Below are positions 18,854 to 27,820 of a DNA stretch of 64,000 nucleotides, one piece after another. The position numbers and the translations under genes are program-made. The stretch comes from Candidatus Dojkabacteria bacterium. GTDB taxonomy: Bacteria > Patescibacteriota > Dojkabacteria > JAOAGR01. Each line of letters opens with the position of its first letter. Position 1 is the stretch's first letter. The notes under the pieces were generated by a model, which ran no database searches, was not told the DNA's origin, and was given only the letters and a program-made list of their open reading frames with translations. The stretch is taken from positions 5 through 64,004 of the forward strand of contig JAOAGR010000002.1 in assembly GCA_026415655.1 (NCBI GenBank), in the 5' to 3' direction.

Positions 18854-19258
18854 ATGAAAGATAATAAATACATAAAATCTACAAACGATATTGTATCTGA
18901 TACTCTAACAAGAATTCGAAATGCTATCAAATCGAAAAAAAATACGGTAATAGTGCCTTTGTCTAAATTAGTATTGGAGATATTAAAAGTAATGCATAAC
19001 TATAAATTTATTGGTGATTATCAGGTTATTGATAAAAATGCTATAGAAGTAAATTTGCTTGTTGATAGTCGGTACAAGATAAGTGAGTTGGTGAGGGTTT
19101 CAAAACCTGGCTTAAGAATTTATGTAAAATCGAAAGATATTAAACCAGTAAAATATGGTTATGGAATAGGAATATATTCTACATCGCAAGGCGTTGTATC
19201 ACATGTAAAAGCTAGAAAAATGGGTATTGGTGGAGAATATATATGTTATATTTGGTAA
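18854..19258 (+). CDS. rpsH: 30S ribosomal protein S8 (ATG 18854 preferred over TTG 18845)
   Basis: D.LTRIRNA, RVSKPGLRIY, STSQG, GGE. Confidence 0.96.
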   Translation: MKDNKYIKSTNDIVSDTLTRIRNAIKSKKNTVIVPLSKLVLEILKVMHNYKFIGDYQVIDKNAIEVNLLVDSRYKISELVRVSKPGLRIYVKSKDIKPVKYGYGIGIYSTSQGVVSHVKARKMGIGGEYICYIW

Positions 19259-19279
19259 TGAATTAAATAAGTATTGTTT

Positions 19280-19807
19280 ATGGCAAAAAATTTTGAAAAA
19301 ACAATTCAAATTCCTTCACAAGTAAAAGTATCTTTAGACACGGGAACTCTTATTTTTGTTGGACCAAAAGGAACTAATAAGCTGGATGTGTTGAGAGAAG
19401 AAGTTGTTGTTGAGTTGTTAGGAGATACTATTAAAATACTGCAGACAAATCAAAAAAGGGATTATCTGAATTTATACTATAGATTAATCTTAAATTGTAT
19501 ACAGGGAGTAACAGAAGGATTTACTAAATCACTCGAATTAGTTGGTGTTGGTTACAAAGCTTCTATGAATGGACAAAATTTGGTTTTAAACGTTGGATAC
19601 TCACATCCTGTAGTTATAAATAAAATTGAAGGTATTGATTTTGCGGTAACTGACAATACGATTCACGTAAGTGGTATTGATAAAGTAAAAGTAGGCGATG
19701 TCGCTGCAAAAATAAGATCTGTAAGGCCGCCAGAACCGTATAAAGGCAAGGGTATTAGATATAAAGGAGAACAAGTATACAGAAAAGAATATAAATCATT
19801 GAAATAA
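19280..19807 (+). CDS. rplF: 50S ribosomal protein L6 (ATG 19280)
   Basis: GPKG, GVGYKA, GYSHP, RPPEPYKGKGIRY. Confidence 0.97.
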   Translation: MAKNFEKTIQIPSQVKVSLDTGTLIFVGPKGTNKLDVLREEVVVELLGDTIKILQTNQKRDYLNLYYRLILNCIQGVTEGFTKSLELVGVGYKASMNGQNLVLNVGYSHPVVINKIEGIDFAVTDNTIHVSGIDKVKVGDVAAKIRSVRPPEPYKGKGIRYKGEQVYRKEYKSLK

Positions 19808-19813
19808 TTGCTT

Positions 19814-20170
19814 ATGTCAAATTTAAGATTAGAAAAAAGAGTAAAACGACATTTAAGAGTGAGGAAAAAACTTTTTGGAACTCCTGAACGCCCTCGAGTT
19901 AGTGTCTATAAAAGCAATAAAAATTTCCAAGTTCAATTAGTTATAGATAGTAAAGTAGGTGCATCAAGAACTCTATTTGGTTTGACAACAAGCATATTAC
20001 GTGATAAATCAACCAAGAAAGAAAAAATTGATGAATTAGCTAAAATATTTGTTGAAAAAGCAAAGAAAAAAAATATAGAGAAGATTGTATTTGACAGAGG
20101 GGGTTATGCCTATAAAGGAAATGTCAAATTTTTGGCAGAGAAATTAAGGGAATATGGATTAAATTTTTAA
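19814..20170 (+). CDS. rplR: 50S ribosomal protein L18 (ATG 19814)
   Basis: GTPERPR, FDRGGY.Y.G.V. Confidence 0.96.
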   Translation: MSNLRLEKRVKRHLRVRKKLFGTPERPRVSVYKSNKNFQVQLVIDSKVGASRTLFGLTTSILRDKSTKKEKIDELAKIFVEKAKKKNIEKIVFDRGGYAYKGNVKFLAEKLREYGLNF

Positions 20171-20177
20171 AAAGTAT

Positions 20178-20636
20178 ATGGAAACAAACAATAAACAACA
20201 AAACAACACTGAATTTGAATCATATGTTTTGTACACAAGCAGAGTAACTAAAGTTGTAAAGGGTGGTAAAAGACTAAAGTTTCAGGCTTTGGTTGTAGTT
20301 GGTAACAGAAAGAATAAAGTAGGCTTAGGATTTGCAAAAGGGGTAGATCCAAAATCCGCAATAGAAAAAGCTACTAGAAAAGCTAAAAAAAATTTGAAGC
20401 ATGTTGTAGTACGTGGTACAACAGTTCCATATGATGTTATGAGCAAATTCAAATCGGCACGTATTTTCGTAAAACCTGCAAAACCAGGTACAGGTCTTAT
20501 TGCTAGCAAGTCTATTAGACCAGTATTAGAGTTGGGCGGTATACAAGATGTTTATTCAAAAGTTTATGGAACCAAAAATAAGATAGCCAATGCTTATTGT
20601 ATTTTTAATATTATTACAAATTTTAAATCTAAATAA
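20178..20636 (+). CDS. rpsE: 30S ribosomal protein S5
   Basis: RVTKVVKGG, ALVVVG, PAKPGTG. Confidence 0.97.
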   Translation: METNNKQQNNTEFESYVLYTSRVTKVVKGGKRLKFQALVVVGNRKNKVGLGFAKGVDPKSAIEKATRKAKKNLKHVVVRGTTVPYDVMSKFKSARIFVKPAKPGTGLIASKSIRPVLELGGIQDVYSKVYGTKNKIANAYCIFNIITNFKSK

Positions 20637-20646
20637 CTAGCAAGTT

Positions 20647-21075
20647 ATGTTAAATAGTTTAATAAAAATAAAAAATAAGTCAAAGAAGAGAATTGGTAGA
20701 GGAGGAGGTTCAGGAAAAGGATTTCATACTGCAACACGAGGGCAAAAAGGACAAAAATCAAGAGCAGGCTATTTTAGGCGAAAAGACTTCCAGGGTGGAC
20801 AAAAGCCATTGAGTAAAAAACTCCCAAGAATAAGGAAATCGTTTACTGTAATCAACAAGCAAAAGCCTAAGGCTATAAAAATTGATTTTTTTTATAATAT
20901 TGGTGTCACAAAAATCGATCCTGAGGTAGTTTCAAAATATTTTTCAACTCAAAACTATATAATTACAGGTTCTTCTAGCTCAGAAATAGAATATTCTAAG
21001 TTTATACTATCGGGTGTGAAATTAACAAATAAACTAAAAGAAAGAATAGTAGCATCTGGAGGTAAAGTAGAATAA
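20647..21075 (+). CDS. rplO: 50S ribosomal protein L15
   Basis: [27 protein letters not shown]. Confidence 0.96.
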   Translation: MLNSLIKIKNKSKKRIGRGGGSGKGFHTATRGQKGQKSRAGYFRRKDFQGGQKPLSKKLPRIRKSFTVINKQKPKAIKIDFFYNIGVTKIDPEVVSKYFSTQNYIITGSSSSEIEYSKFILSGVKLTNKLKERIVASGGKVE

Positions 21076-21091
21076 GTGCTATATTACGTAT

Positions 21092-22729
21092 ATGAAATTT
21101 ATTGAGTTATTAAGATCTTTTTTATCAAATAAAGATATTTTAAAACGTTTATTTATTACTTTTGTAATTATCGTAATATACAGATTTTTATCTAAAATAC
21201 CAGTTCCAGGTATAGAAAGAGATGCTTTAGCTACTTTTTTTTCGAATCAGCAAGGTGAAATTATTGGACTTTTTAATATAGCAAATATTCTTTCAGGTGA
21301 TTCTTTATCGAATTTTTCTATTATTTCTTTTGGGGTGGTCGCATATGTAAGCGCATCTATCATAATGCAGCTACTTGGTGTAATTATCCCTAAAATAGAG
21401 GAAATTAGAAAGATGGGAGCTGTTGGTACTAAGATACTTGATCAGTGGACTCGTATTCTTACAGTACCATTGGTTTGTCTTCAAGGTGTAGGAATGTACT
21501 TGGCTCTTAATTCAAGTAATAATCCTTTGGGAAGACCAATATTAGATCCTATCGAGTTTAACACTTTACGCGTTATCAGTACGATAGCCGTTTTGGTAGC
21601 AGGTACTATGCTTTTGATGTGGTTGGCTGAAATTTTAACAGAGTCAGGGATTAGCGGTGCTAAGAGAGGAGGAGGATTTAGTGTTATTATTACTGCAGGC
21701 ATATTATCTTCTTTGCCAGCAGCAATAGTAAATGATTTCTCAAATATACAACTTAGCCGTTTTTTACAAAATATGTGGATTGCGTTTTTGATTGAATTTG
21801 TAATATTCTTAATCTTACTAGCTTTATTTGTTGGTTATGTTAAATTGGTAAAGTTCGTATTTGACTTGAAAACCAAGGCATATCGAGTTGCTGGAGGCAT
21901 GTTTTTGTCATTTGTTTTATTAGCAATACCGGTGATTATTACATTTATAGTCAGATCTCAAGATCCAACTTCCCTTTATATCAAAGATTTTATCCAATTA
22001 AATTTGGCGAGGTTGAATGATTTTGAAGTTAAGTTTGGATTTTTTATTGGTATATTGTTGCAGGTAATCGGTATAATAGTTTACTTTAATGAATCTGTTA
22101 GGAAAATACCTATTAGATTTGTATCACAGATTACATCAAGAGCAAATGATGTGGCAGAGAAAAGTTCTTTTATTCCTGTTAAGTTCTTCATTATAGGTAT
22201 TATTCCAACAATATTTTCAATGTCATTTTTGGCTATGCCAGAGTTTATTTACAGATTTTTTGGAAATGCCATAAATGACTGGAATCCAGCAGTGGGTGAA
22301 TTTGTAAGATATATGTCGCAAGGTTGGTTTAACCAATTTAACAGTGAGTATTATTACATAGTTTCTTTTATGTTAACAGTATTTTTCTCTCTATTTTATG
22401 TTAATGCGGTTATAAAGCCGGAAGACATTGCAGAAAACCTATCAAATATGAATGCTTTTATACCAGGCTTAAGGCCCGGGAAAGACTCTCTCGAATATAT
22501 ATCAAAAATTTTCAACTATATGGCATTTTGGGGAGGTATAATATTGGCATTTTCTACCGTTGCCCCATTCTTGTTAGGAGTATATTCTCAAACAACCATA
22601 TCTTCTGTTGAAAGACTTTTGGCTGGTGGCACAAGTCTTCTAATTTTGGTACCTACATTTCTGTCCATAAAAGATCAAGTCTTATCAATGATACTTACTA
22701 AAAACTACGATAAATATCGAGAGATATAA
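21092..22729 (+). CDS. secY: Preprotein translocase SecY (545 aa, enlarged)
   Basis: IPVPG, Y.SASIIMQLL, AGT...MWLAE, RKIPI, FIPGLRPG, GGTSLLI. Confidence 0.96.
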   Translation: MKFIELLRSFLSNKDILKRLFITFVIIVIYRFLSKIPVPGIERDALATFFSNQQGEIIGLFNIANILSGDSLSNFSIISFGVVAYVSASIIMQLLGVIIPKIEEIRKMGAVGTKILDQWTRILTVPLVCLQGVGMYLALNSSNNPLGRPILDPIEFNTLRVISTIAVLVAGTMLLMWLAEILTESGISGAKRGGGFSVIITAGILSSLPAAIVNDFSNIQLSRFLQNMWIAFLIEFVIFLILLALFVGYVKLVKFVFDLKTKAYRVAGGMFLSFVLLAIPVIITFIVRSQDPTSLYIKDFIQLNLARLNDFEVKFGFFIGILLQVIGIIVYFNESVRKIPIRFVSQITSRANDVAEKSSFIPVKFFIIGIIPTIFSMSFLAMPEFIYRFFGNAINDWNPAVGEFVRYMSQGWFNQFNSEYYYIVSFMLTVFFSLFYVNAVIKPEDIAENLSNMNAFIPGLRPGKDSLEYISKIFNYMAFWGGIILAFSTVAPFLLGVYSQTTISSVERLLAGGTSLLILVPTFLSIKDQVLSMILTKNYDKYREI

Positions 22730-23475
22730 TGCCAAAAACTGATTCAGAGATAAGTTATATACGAGAATCTTCTAAAATATTATCGTTGATTTTTACTGAA
22801 TTGGAAAGAATAGCTTCGGCTGGTATAAGTACTTTGGAGATAGACAAATATGCCAATTTCTTATGCAGAAAATATAAGGTAAAGCCTGCATTTAAAGGTT
22901 ATAAGGGATATAGGCATACTATATGTGCTAATGTTAACGATATTATTGTTCATGGAGTTCCAAATAATCGTAAGTTGAAAAATGGGGACATAATAGGGTT
23001 AGATATGGGAGTTATTTATCAAGGCTACTATTCTGATATGTCAAAAACTATTTATATCGGTGATGTAACTGAGGAGGTCAAGAGGTTTGTTGAAAAAACT
23101 TATCAATCCATGATGAATGGTATAACTATATTAAAGCCTGGAATCCGTGTGGGAGATATTAGTTACGCTATGCGTGACGGCCTCTACGATGATAAGTTCA
23201 TTCTTATGGAGGATTTTGTAGGGCACGGCATTGGTAAAAGTTTGCATGAAAGACCTAATATACCAGGTCATGGATTGAATAAAGGAATGGGTGATGAAAT
23301 AAAAGAAAACATGGTACTGGCTATAGAATCAATTTCTGTAATGGCCGATACAAACGAGTATTTTATAGAGAGTGATCAATGGACGGTTAGAACAAAAAGT
23401 GGGGCTTTATCTGCACTTTTCGAACATACAGTTTTGGTGACCAAAGATGGTTACGAAATTCTTACTTTATCTTGA
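22729..23475 (+). CDS. map: Methionine aminopeptidase type I
   Basis: VHGVP, DMG, SDMS, GHGIG..HE.P, AIE, FEHT. Confidence 0.96.
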   Translation: MPKTDSEISYIRESSKILSLIFTELERIASAGISTLEIDKYANFLCRKYKVKPAFKGYKGYRHTICANVNDIIVHGVPNNRKLKNGDIIGLDMGVIYQGYYSDMSKTIYIGDVTEEVKRFVEKTYQSMMNGITILKPGIRVGDISYAMRDGLYDDKFILMEDFVGHGIGKSLHERPNIPGHGLNKGMGDEIKENMVLAIESISVMADTNEYFIESDQWTVRTKSGALSALFEHTVLVTKDGYEILTLS

Positions 23476-23481
23476 TATATA

Positions 23482-23510
23482 TTGCATTTTAACCACTCTA
23501 TGATTATAAT
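23482..23510 (+). promoter_or_regulatory. Putative internal sigma70 promoter for infA-rpmJ-alpha genes
   Basis: TTGCAT-17 nt-TATAAT in the map-infA gap. Confidence 0.6.
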
Positions 23511-23537
23511 GCCCTAGATGTTTACAAAATTGAAGTT

Positions 23538-23765
23538 ATGAGTAATAATACAAAAGTTACTTTAGAAGGAAAAGTAATAGAATGCTTGAGGGGAACAGAG
23601 TTTTTAGTAAGAATAGATTTGGGAGATAATATGTATAAAGACATAGTAGGCTATATTTGTGGTAATTTGAGGAAAAAATATATAAAAGTAGATGTTGGAG
23701 ATAAAGTAATGATAGAAATAAGTAAATATGATTTAAATCGTGGTAGAATAACTAAAAAAATATGA
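23538..23765 (+). CDS. infA: Translation initiation factor IF-1
   Basis: EGKVIE.L, GDKV.IEIS.YDL.RGRI. Confidence 0.93.
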   Translation: MSNNTKVTLEGKVIECLRGTEFLVRIDLGDNMYKDIVGYICGNLRKKYIKVDVGDKVMIEISKYDLNRGRITKKI

Positions 23766-23923
23766 AAGTACAAACAAGTGTCAAAAAAAGGTGCTCAGAT
23801 TGTTATATAGTCAAAAGGGATGGAGTTTTACGAGTATATTGCAAAAAAAATCCTCGACATAAACAAAAACAGGGGAAGAAAAAAATGGGACAGCTTAAAA
23901 AAACTAGAAAATCTAAGAAATAA
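23762..23923 (+). CDS. rpmJ: 50S ribosomal protein L36 (53 aa, C-terminally extended; not in ORF track)
   Basis: Hand translation [38 protein letters not shown]+[15 protein letters not shown]; CxxC...C...H zinc ribbon; stop overlaps the rpsM ATG. Confidence 0.95.
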   Translation: MKVQTSVKKRCSDCYIVKRDGVLRVYCKKNPRHKQKQGKKKMGQLKKTRKSKK

Positions 23924-24321
23924 TGGCTACGAACACTAAAATACTAGGAGTAAATTTAAATCCCAAAAAATATATACTTTATGCTTTGCAAGATATATAC
24001 GGGATTGGAATGTCACTTTCAAAGAAGATACTAAGTCTGGTTAATGTAAATCCATATGTAAAAGTGGCTGACATGTCTGATGAAGATTTAAACAGGGTGA
24101 GATTGGAAGTAGAATCAGGAAAATACTTATTAGAGGGTGATCTTAGACAAAAAGTTTTTAAAGATATTGCCAGGTTGAAAGCTATAAAGTGTTATAGAGG
24201 TATAAGGCATAAATTAGGTTTACCAGTACGTGGTCAAAATACAAGGCGTAATGCGCGTACAAGAAAAGGAAAAGTAAAAATGCCAGTTGGTGGTTTAAAG
24301 AAAGTATTACAGAAAAAATAG
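23923..24321 (+). CDS. rpsM: 30S ribosomal protein S13
   Basis: IYGIG, EGDLR, YRGIRH..GLPVRGQ.T..NARTRKG. Confidence 0.98.
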   Translation: MATNTKILGVNLNPKKYILYALQDIYGIGMSLSKKILSLVNVNPYVKVADMSDEDLNRVRLEVESGKYLLEGDLRQKVFKDIARLKAIKCYRGIRHKLGLPVRGQNTRRNARTRKGKVKMPVGGLKKVLQKK

Positions 24322-24339
24322 CGTATAATATCTTTATTT

Positions 24340-24732
24340 ATGGCTAAGAAGAAAGAAAAAAAATCCAAAACAAAAATACCAAGCGTAAAATCTGGTAGAA
24401 TATATATTTATAGTAATTATAATAATTGTTTGCTTACTTTTACTGATAATAATGGTAATGTAATTGCTTGGTCTTCGCCTGGTAGGGTTGGATTTAAAGG
24501 TGCTAGAAAGTCAACACCTTATGCGAGTCAAAAAGCAGCAGCAGAATTAAATTATATGCTAAAAAAGATTGGGGTCGAAGAAGTTGATGTCTATTTGAGA
24601 GGACCGGGTATTCCGAGTAAACAACTTGTTATTAGAGAATTGGCATCAGGAGGATACAGAATTAATGCATTTGTTGATAATAATCGATTTCCTCATGGAG
24701 GAGTAACACCAAGAAAAAAACCTAGAAAATAA
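24340..24732 (+). CDS. rpsK: 30S ribosomal protein S11
   Basis: GFKGARKSTPYA, GPG, PHGG. Confidence 0.96.
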   Translation: MAKKKEKKSKTKIPSVKSGRIYIYSNYNNCLLTFTDNNGNVIAWSSPGRVGFKGARKSTPYASQKAAAELNYMLKKIGVEEVDVYLRGPGIPSKQLVIRELASGGYRINAFVDNNRFPHGGVTPRKKPRK

Positions 24733-24735
24733 ATT

Positions 24736-25353
24736 ATGTCGAGATATACAGGACCAAAAACAAAAATCTGTCGTAGAGAGAGAGCGGATGTTTATCCAAG
24801 GATTGGCGAATTAGTGCAAGTACCTAAAAGAATGAAAAAAAGGTCAGCACCGGGTGAACATCCAATTTACCCTAGGTTAAGCCAGTTTGGTTTGCAATTT
24901 AGAGAGAAACAAAAAGTGAAGAGAATGTATGGCATGACCGAGAAGCAATTTAAAAGATTTTTTGAAATTGCTATAAAAAAGGAAGGAAATACTGGATTAA
25001 TATTTCTTCAGTTGTTAGAGATGCGTTTAGATAACGTTGTTTTTAGAGCTGGTTTGGCAAAAACTAGAAATCAGGCCAGACAATTTGTGAATCATGGACA
25101 TGTCTTAGTTAATGGAAAGAAAGTGGATATACCATCTTATATTGTCAAGGTCGGTGATGAGATTGAATTGGAACCTAGCATCACAAGTTCGGATTGGTAT
25201 ACTGATTGGTATAACAGCATATCTAGCTATTTGCCGCCGTCATGGATTCAAAAAATAGATTCTCATAAAGTCAAAGTTTTGAGACTTCCTGAAAGACAGG
25301 ATATTGAATTAACAATAAATGAACAAAATATAGTCGAATATTATTCAAGATAA
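24736..25353 (+). CDS. rpsD: 30S ribosomal protein S4
   Basis: MSRYTGP, EKQK, LEMRLDNVVFR, ARQ.V.HGH, IVEYYSR. Confidence 0.98.
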   Translation: MSRYTGPKTKICRRERADVYPRIGELVQVPKRMKKRSAPGEHPIYPRLSQFGLQFREKQKVKRMYGMTEKQFKRFFEIAIKKEGNTGLIFLQLLEMRLDNVVFRAGLAKTRNQARQFVNHGHVLVNGKKVDIPSYIVKVGDEIELEPSITSSDWYTDWYNSISSYLPPSWIQKIDSHKVKVLRLPERQDIELTINEQNIVEYYSR

Positions 25354-25360
25354 AAACAAC

Positions 25361-26038
25361 ATGTCAAACTTAACAATACAAAAAAAAGAATTAGAAAAAA
25401 ATAGATATTCTTATATAATAGGGCCATTTCCAAAAACTTGGGGAAATACATTTGCGGCTCCTATTCGTCGTTCTCTTTTAAATAGTCTATCTGGATCTGC
25501 CATAACTAAGGTTCGTATTAAAGGTGTCGATCATGAATTTACTGGTTATGATGGGATGAAAGAGGATGTCCTGTATTTTGTTTTGAATTTACAACGTATA
25601 GTCATTAAAATGGATTCAAGCGACTCGGAAAAATTAAAACTAAAAGTAAAAGGACCAGGAGATATAAAAGCAGGTGATATTGATTGTCCATCGAATGTTG
25701 TGATAGTCAATCCAGAATTAGTTATTGCGACACTAACAGCTGATGTTGTATTGGAGGCGGAGATGACTGTTGAAAAAGGAGAGGGGTTTAGGATTGCAGA
25801 TGACGATATACGGAATGTAGAACCTGGTGTTATACCAGTTAGTGCAAATTTTAATCCCGTACTCAGAGTAGGAATTTCTGTAGAAGCGGATCGTGTAGGT
25901 CAGAGTACTGATTATGAAAAAGTTGTTTTAGAAGTCGAGACTAATGGATCCATTCATCCCGATGATGCTTTACGTGAAGCTTTGTCTAATCTTGATTCAA
26001 AACTTCAAGATATAATAAAGCAAGCAAATCAATTATAA
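25361..26038 (+). CDS. rpoA: RNA polymerase alpha subunit, N-terminal domain only (225 aa)
   Basis: G.T...IRR.LL.SL.G.AIT, HEF..G.KED, NPELVIATL, RVGQ.TDY, TNGSI.P; lies between rpsD and rplQ. Confidence 0.95.
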   Translation: MSNLTIQKKELEKNRYSYIIGPFPKTWGNTFAAPIRRSLLNSLSGSAITKVRIKGVDHEFTGYDGMKEDVLYFVLNLQRIVIKMDSSDSEKLKLKVKGPGDIKAGDIDCPSNVVIVNPELVIATLTADVVLEAEMTVEKGEGFRIADDDIRNVEPGVIPVSANFNPVLRVGISVEADRVGQSTDYEKVVLEVETNGSIHPDDALREALSNLDSKLQDIIKQANQL

Positions 26039-26047
26039 GATCGCGTT

Positions 26048-26383
26048 ATGTATAAAAAAAAGAGTGTTGTAAAATTAGGCAGACCTACAAAGGAAAGAAA
26101 ATTGATGGTAAAGTCTCTTCTTAAAGATTTAATAACTCATGGTTATATTCGTACAACAAAGATGAGAGCTTGGGTTGTAGCTAAAGAATTTGATGCTATT
26201 ATGAATGACGTTGTGAATAATAATTTAAGGGCAGCCTATCTCAAATTGAATGATGAAAAAATGCTTGAAAAACTAAAGCAGATGAATATTAATGACAAAA
26301 AAACAGGATTTACAAGGATTATTAAAATTGGTAACCGTGTGGGAGATGGTGCTGAATTAGTTTTGTTAGAAATTATAAAGTAA
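26048..26383 (+). CDS. rplQ: 50S ribosomal protein L17
   Basis: KLGR, I.TT, GFTRIIK...R.GDGA. Confidence 0.94.
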   Translation: MYKKKSVVKLGRPTKERKLMVKSLLKDLITHGYIRTTKMRAWVVAKEFDAIMNDVVNNNLRAAYLKLNDEKMLEKLKQMNINDKKTGFTRIIKIGNRVGDGAELVLLEIIK

Positions 26384-26394
26384 TTAAATAAATT

Positions 26395-26829
26395 ATGAAA
26401 AAAACAACATCATTGAAAAAATCTGATGTAAAGAAAAGCTGGTTACTTATTGATGCCACCGATCAGATACTTGGCAGGCTTGCTTCTAGGATTTCTATTA
26501 TTTTGCAAGGTAAAAATAAGCCAAACTATGCACCAAATTTGGATTGTGGTGATTATGTGGTTGTGGTTAATGCAGAAAAAGTAAAAGTGACGGGTGATAA
26601 GCTAAAATCAAAAATATATCGAAAACATTCAGGATATATTGGGGGTTTAAAAGAAAAGACGTTAGAACAATTGATGGCAAAAAATCCTGCGGTAGTTTTA
26701 CGCAATGCTGTATACAGGATGTTGCCAAAGAATAGAATGCGAGATGTATATATTTCTAAATTGAAAATTTATGCTGGATCAGAACATCCGCATGTTGCAC
26801 AAAAACCAGAAATGATAGAGATAAAATAA
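26395..26829 (+). CDS. rplM: 50S ribosomal protein L13
   Basis: W.LIDA, LGRLAS, GKNKP, DCGDYVVVVNA, HSGYIGG. Confidence 0.98.
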   Translation: MKKTTSLKKSDVKKSWLLIDATDQILGRLASRISIILQGKNKPNYAPNLDCGDYVVVVNAEKVKVTGDKLKSKIYRKHSGYIGGLKEKTLEQLMAKNPAVVLRNAVYRMLPKNRMRDVYISKLKIYAGSEHPHVAQKPEMIEIK

Positions 26830-26838
26830 AACATCGTT

Positions 26839-27255
26839 ATGAAAGCAACCGAAAATACTAATGAAAAAAAACACATTCAGTACACTGTAGGTAGGAGAAA
26901 AAGGGCTTCAGCGCGTGTAAGAATGTACGAAGGAGAAGGTAAAGTCACTGTAAACGGAAAAAGTTTGGAGAAATTGGGGGTATCAAAGATAAAAATAAGA
27001 GAGATTTTTGATATTTTGATGAACACCGAATTATTCAAAAATTATGATTTTTCTGTAAAAGTAGTAGGAGGTGGAGTATATGCTCAGTTAGAAGCAGCAA
27101 GGCATGGTATTGCAAGATGTATAGCTAAGCTTAGTGATGATGCTAAACAAACAATGAGAAAATTAGGTCTTTTGACAAGAGATCCCAGAGAAAAAGAAAG
27201 AAAAAAAGTTTATCTTGTACGTGCTCGCAAAGCGCCACAATATTCGAAACGTTAG
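26839..27255 (+). CDS. rpsI: 30S ribosomal protein S9
   Basis: GRRK.A.ARV, VGGG, LTRDPR.KERKK, QYSKR. Confidence 0.98.
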   Translation: MKATENTNEKKHIQYTVGRRKRASARVRMYEGEGKVTVNGKSLEKLGVSKIKIREIFDILMNTELFKNYDFSVKVVGGGVYAQLEAARHGIARCIAKLSDDAKQTMRKLGLLTRDPREKERKKVYLVRARKAPQYSKR

Positions 27256-27272
27256 TATATTTGTGATAGAAT
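27244..27272 (+). promoter_or_regulatory. Putative promoter for the tRNA pair
   Basis: TCGAAA-17 nt-TAGAAT with extended -10 TGn, 11 nt before tRNA-Phe. Confidence 0.4.
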
Positions 27273-27283
27273 TATTTACCAAT

Positions 27284-27359
27284 GTCGAGGTAGCTCAGTT
27301 GGTAGAGCGAGGGACTGAAAATCCCTGCGTCGCGGGTTCAAGTCCCGCCCTTGACACCA
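27284..27359 (+). tRNA. tRNA-Phe(GAA)
   Basis: Acceptor GTCGAGG/CCTTGAC, anticodon arm AGGGA-CTGAAAA-TCCCT, T-arm GCGGG-TTCAAGT-CCCGC, CCA. Confidence 0.97.
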
Positions 27360-27372
27360 ATTTTATTTGTTT

Positions 27373-27449
27373 GAGTGCTTAGCTCAGCTGGCTAGAGCAT
27401 CTCGTTTACACCGAGAAGGTCGGGGGTTCAAGTCCCTCAGCACTCACCA
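27373..27449 (+). tRNA. tRNA-Val(TAC)
   Basis: Acceptor GAGTGCT/AGCACTC, anticodon arm TCTCG-TTTACAC-CGAGA, TTCAAGT T-loop, CCA. Confidence 0.97.
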
Positions 27450-27820
27450 TTAGTATTAGAAATCTACATAAAATTGATTTGTTTCAGCTTATTAAGCCTA
27501 TACGCTTTATATATAGTTACTATATTCAGAAAAGAATATCTTTTATTATTTAGTTGATCAAGAATTTTTGCATAATCTCATTGCCACAAGTCATGAAATT
27601 CTTAATTGCCATTCGTAAAGAAAATTGATAATTTCTATTTAAACAATCTGTATTGTAAATGTAATTGATATGATGTCCTTCATCTACTGATTAATTGTAA
27701 AGTTGTACGTGTGAATTAAACGTCATTAACAAATTAGTAAGTGAATTTGAATTATACTGTTTCAAATTTCATTAATTTTATTCTTTTCACTATTTAGTCT
27801 AAAATCTAATTCAGTGCTGC

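Noticed and set aside
27373-27445. GAGTGCT/AGCACTC as a CIRCE element upstream of ftsK-grpE
   Set aside because: These are the acceptor-stem strands of tRNA-Val, in the wrong order and spacing for CIRCE.
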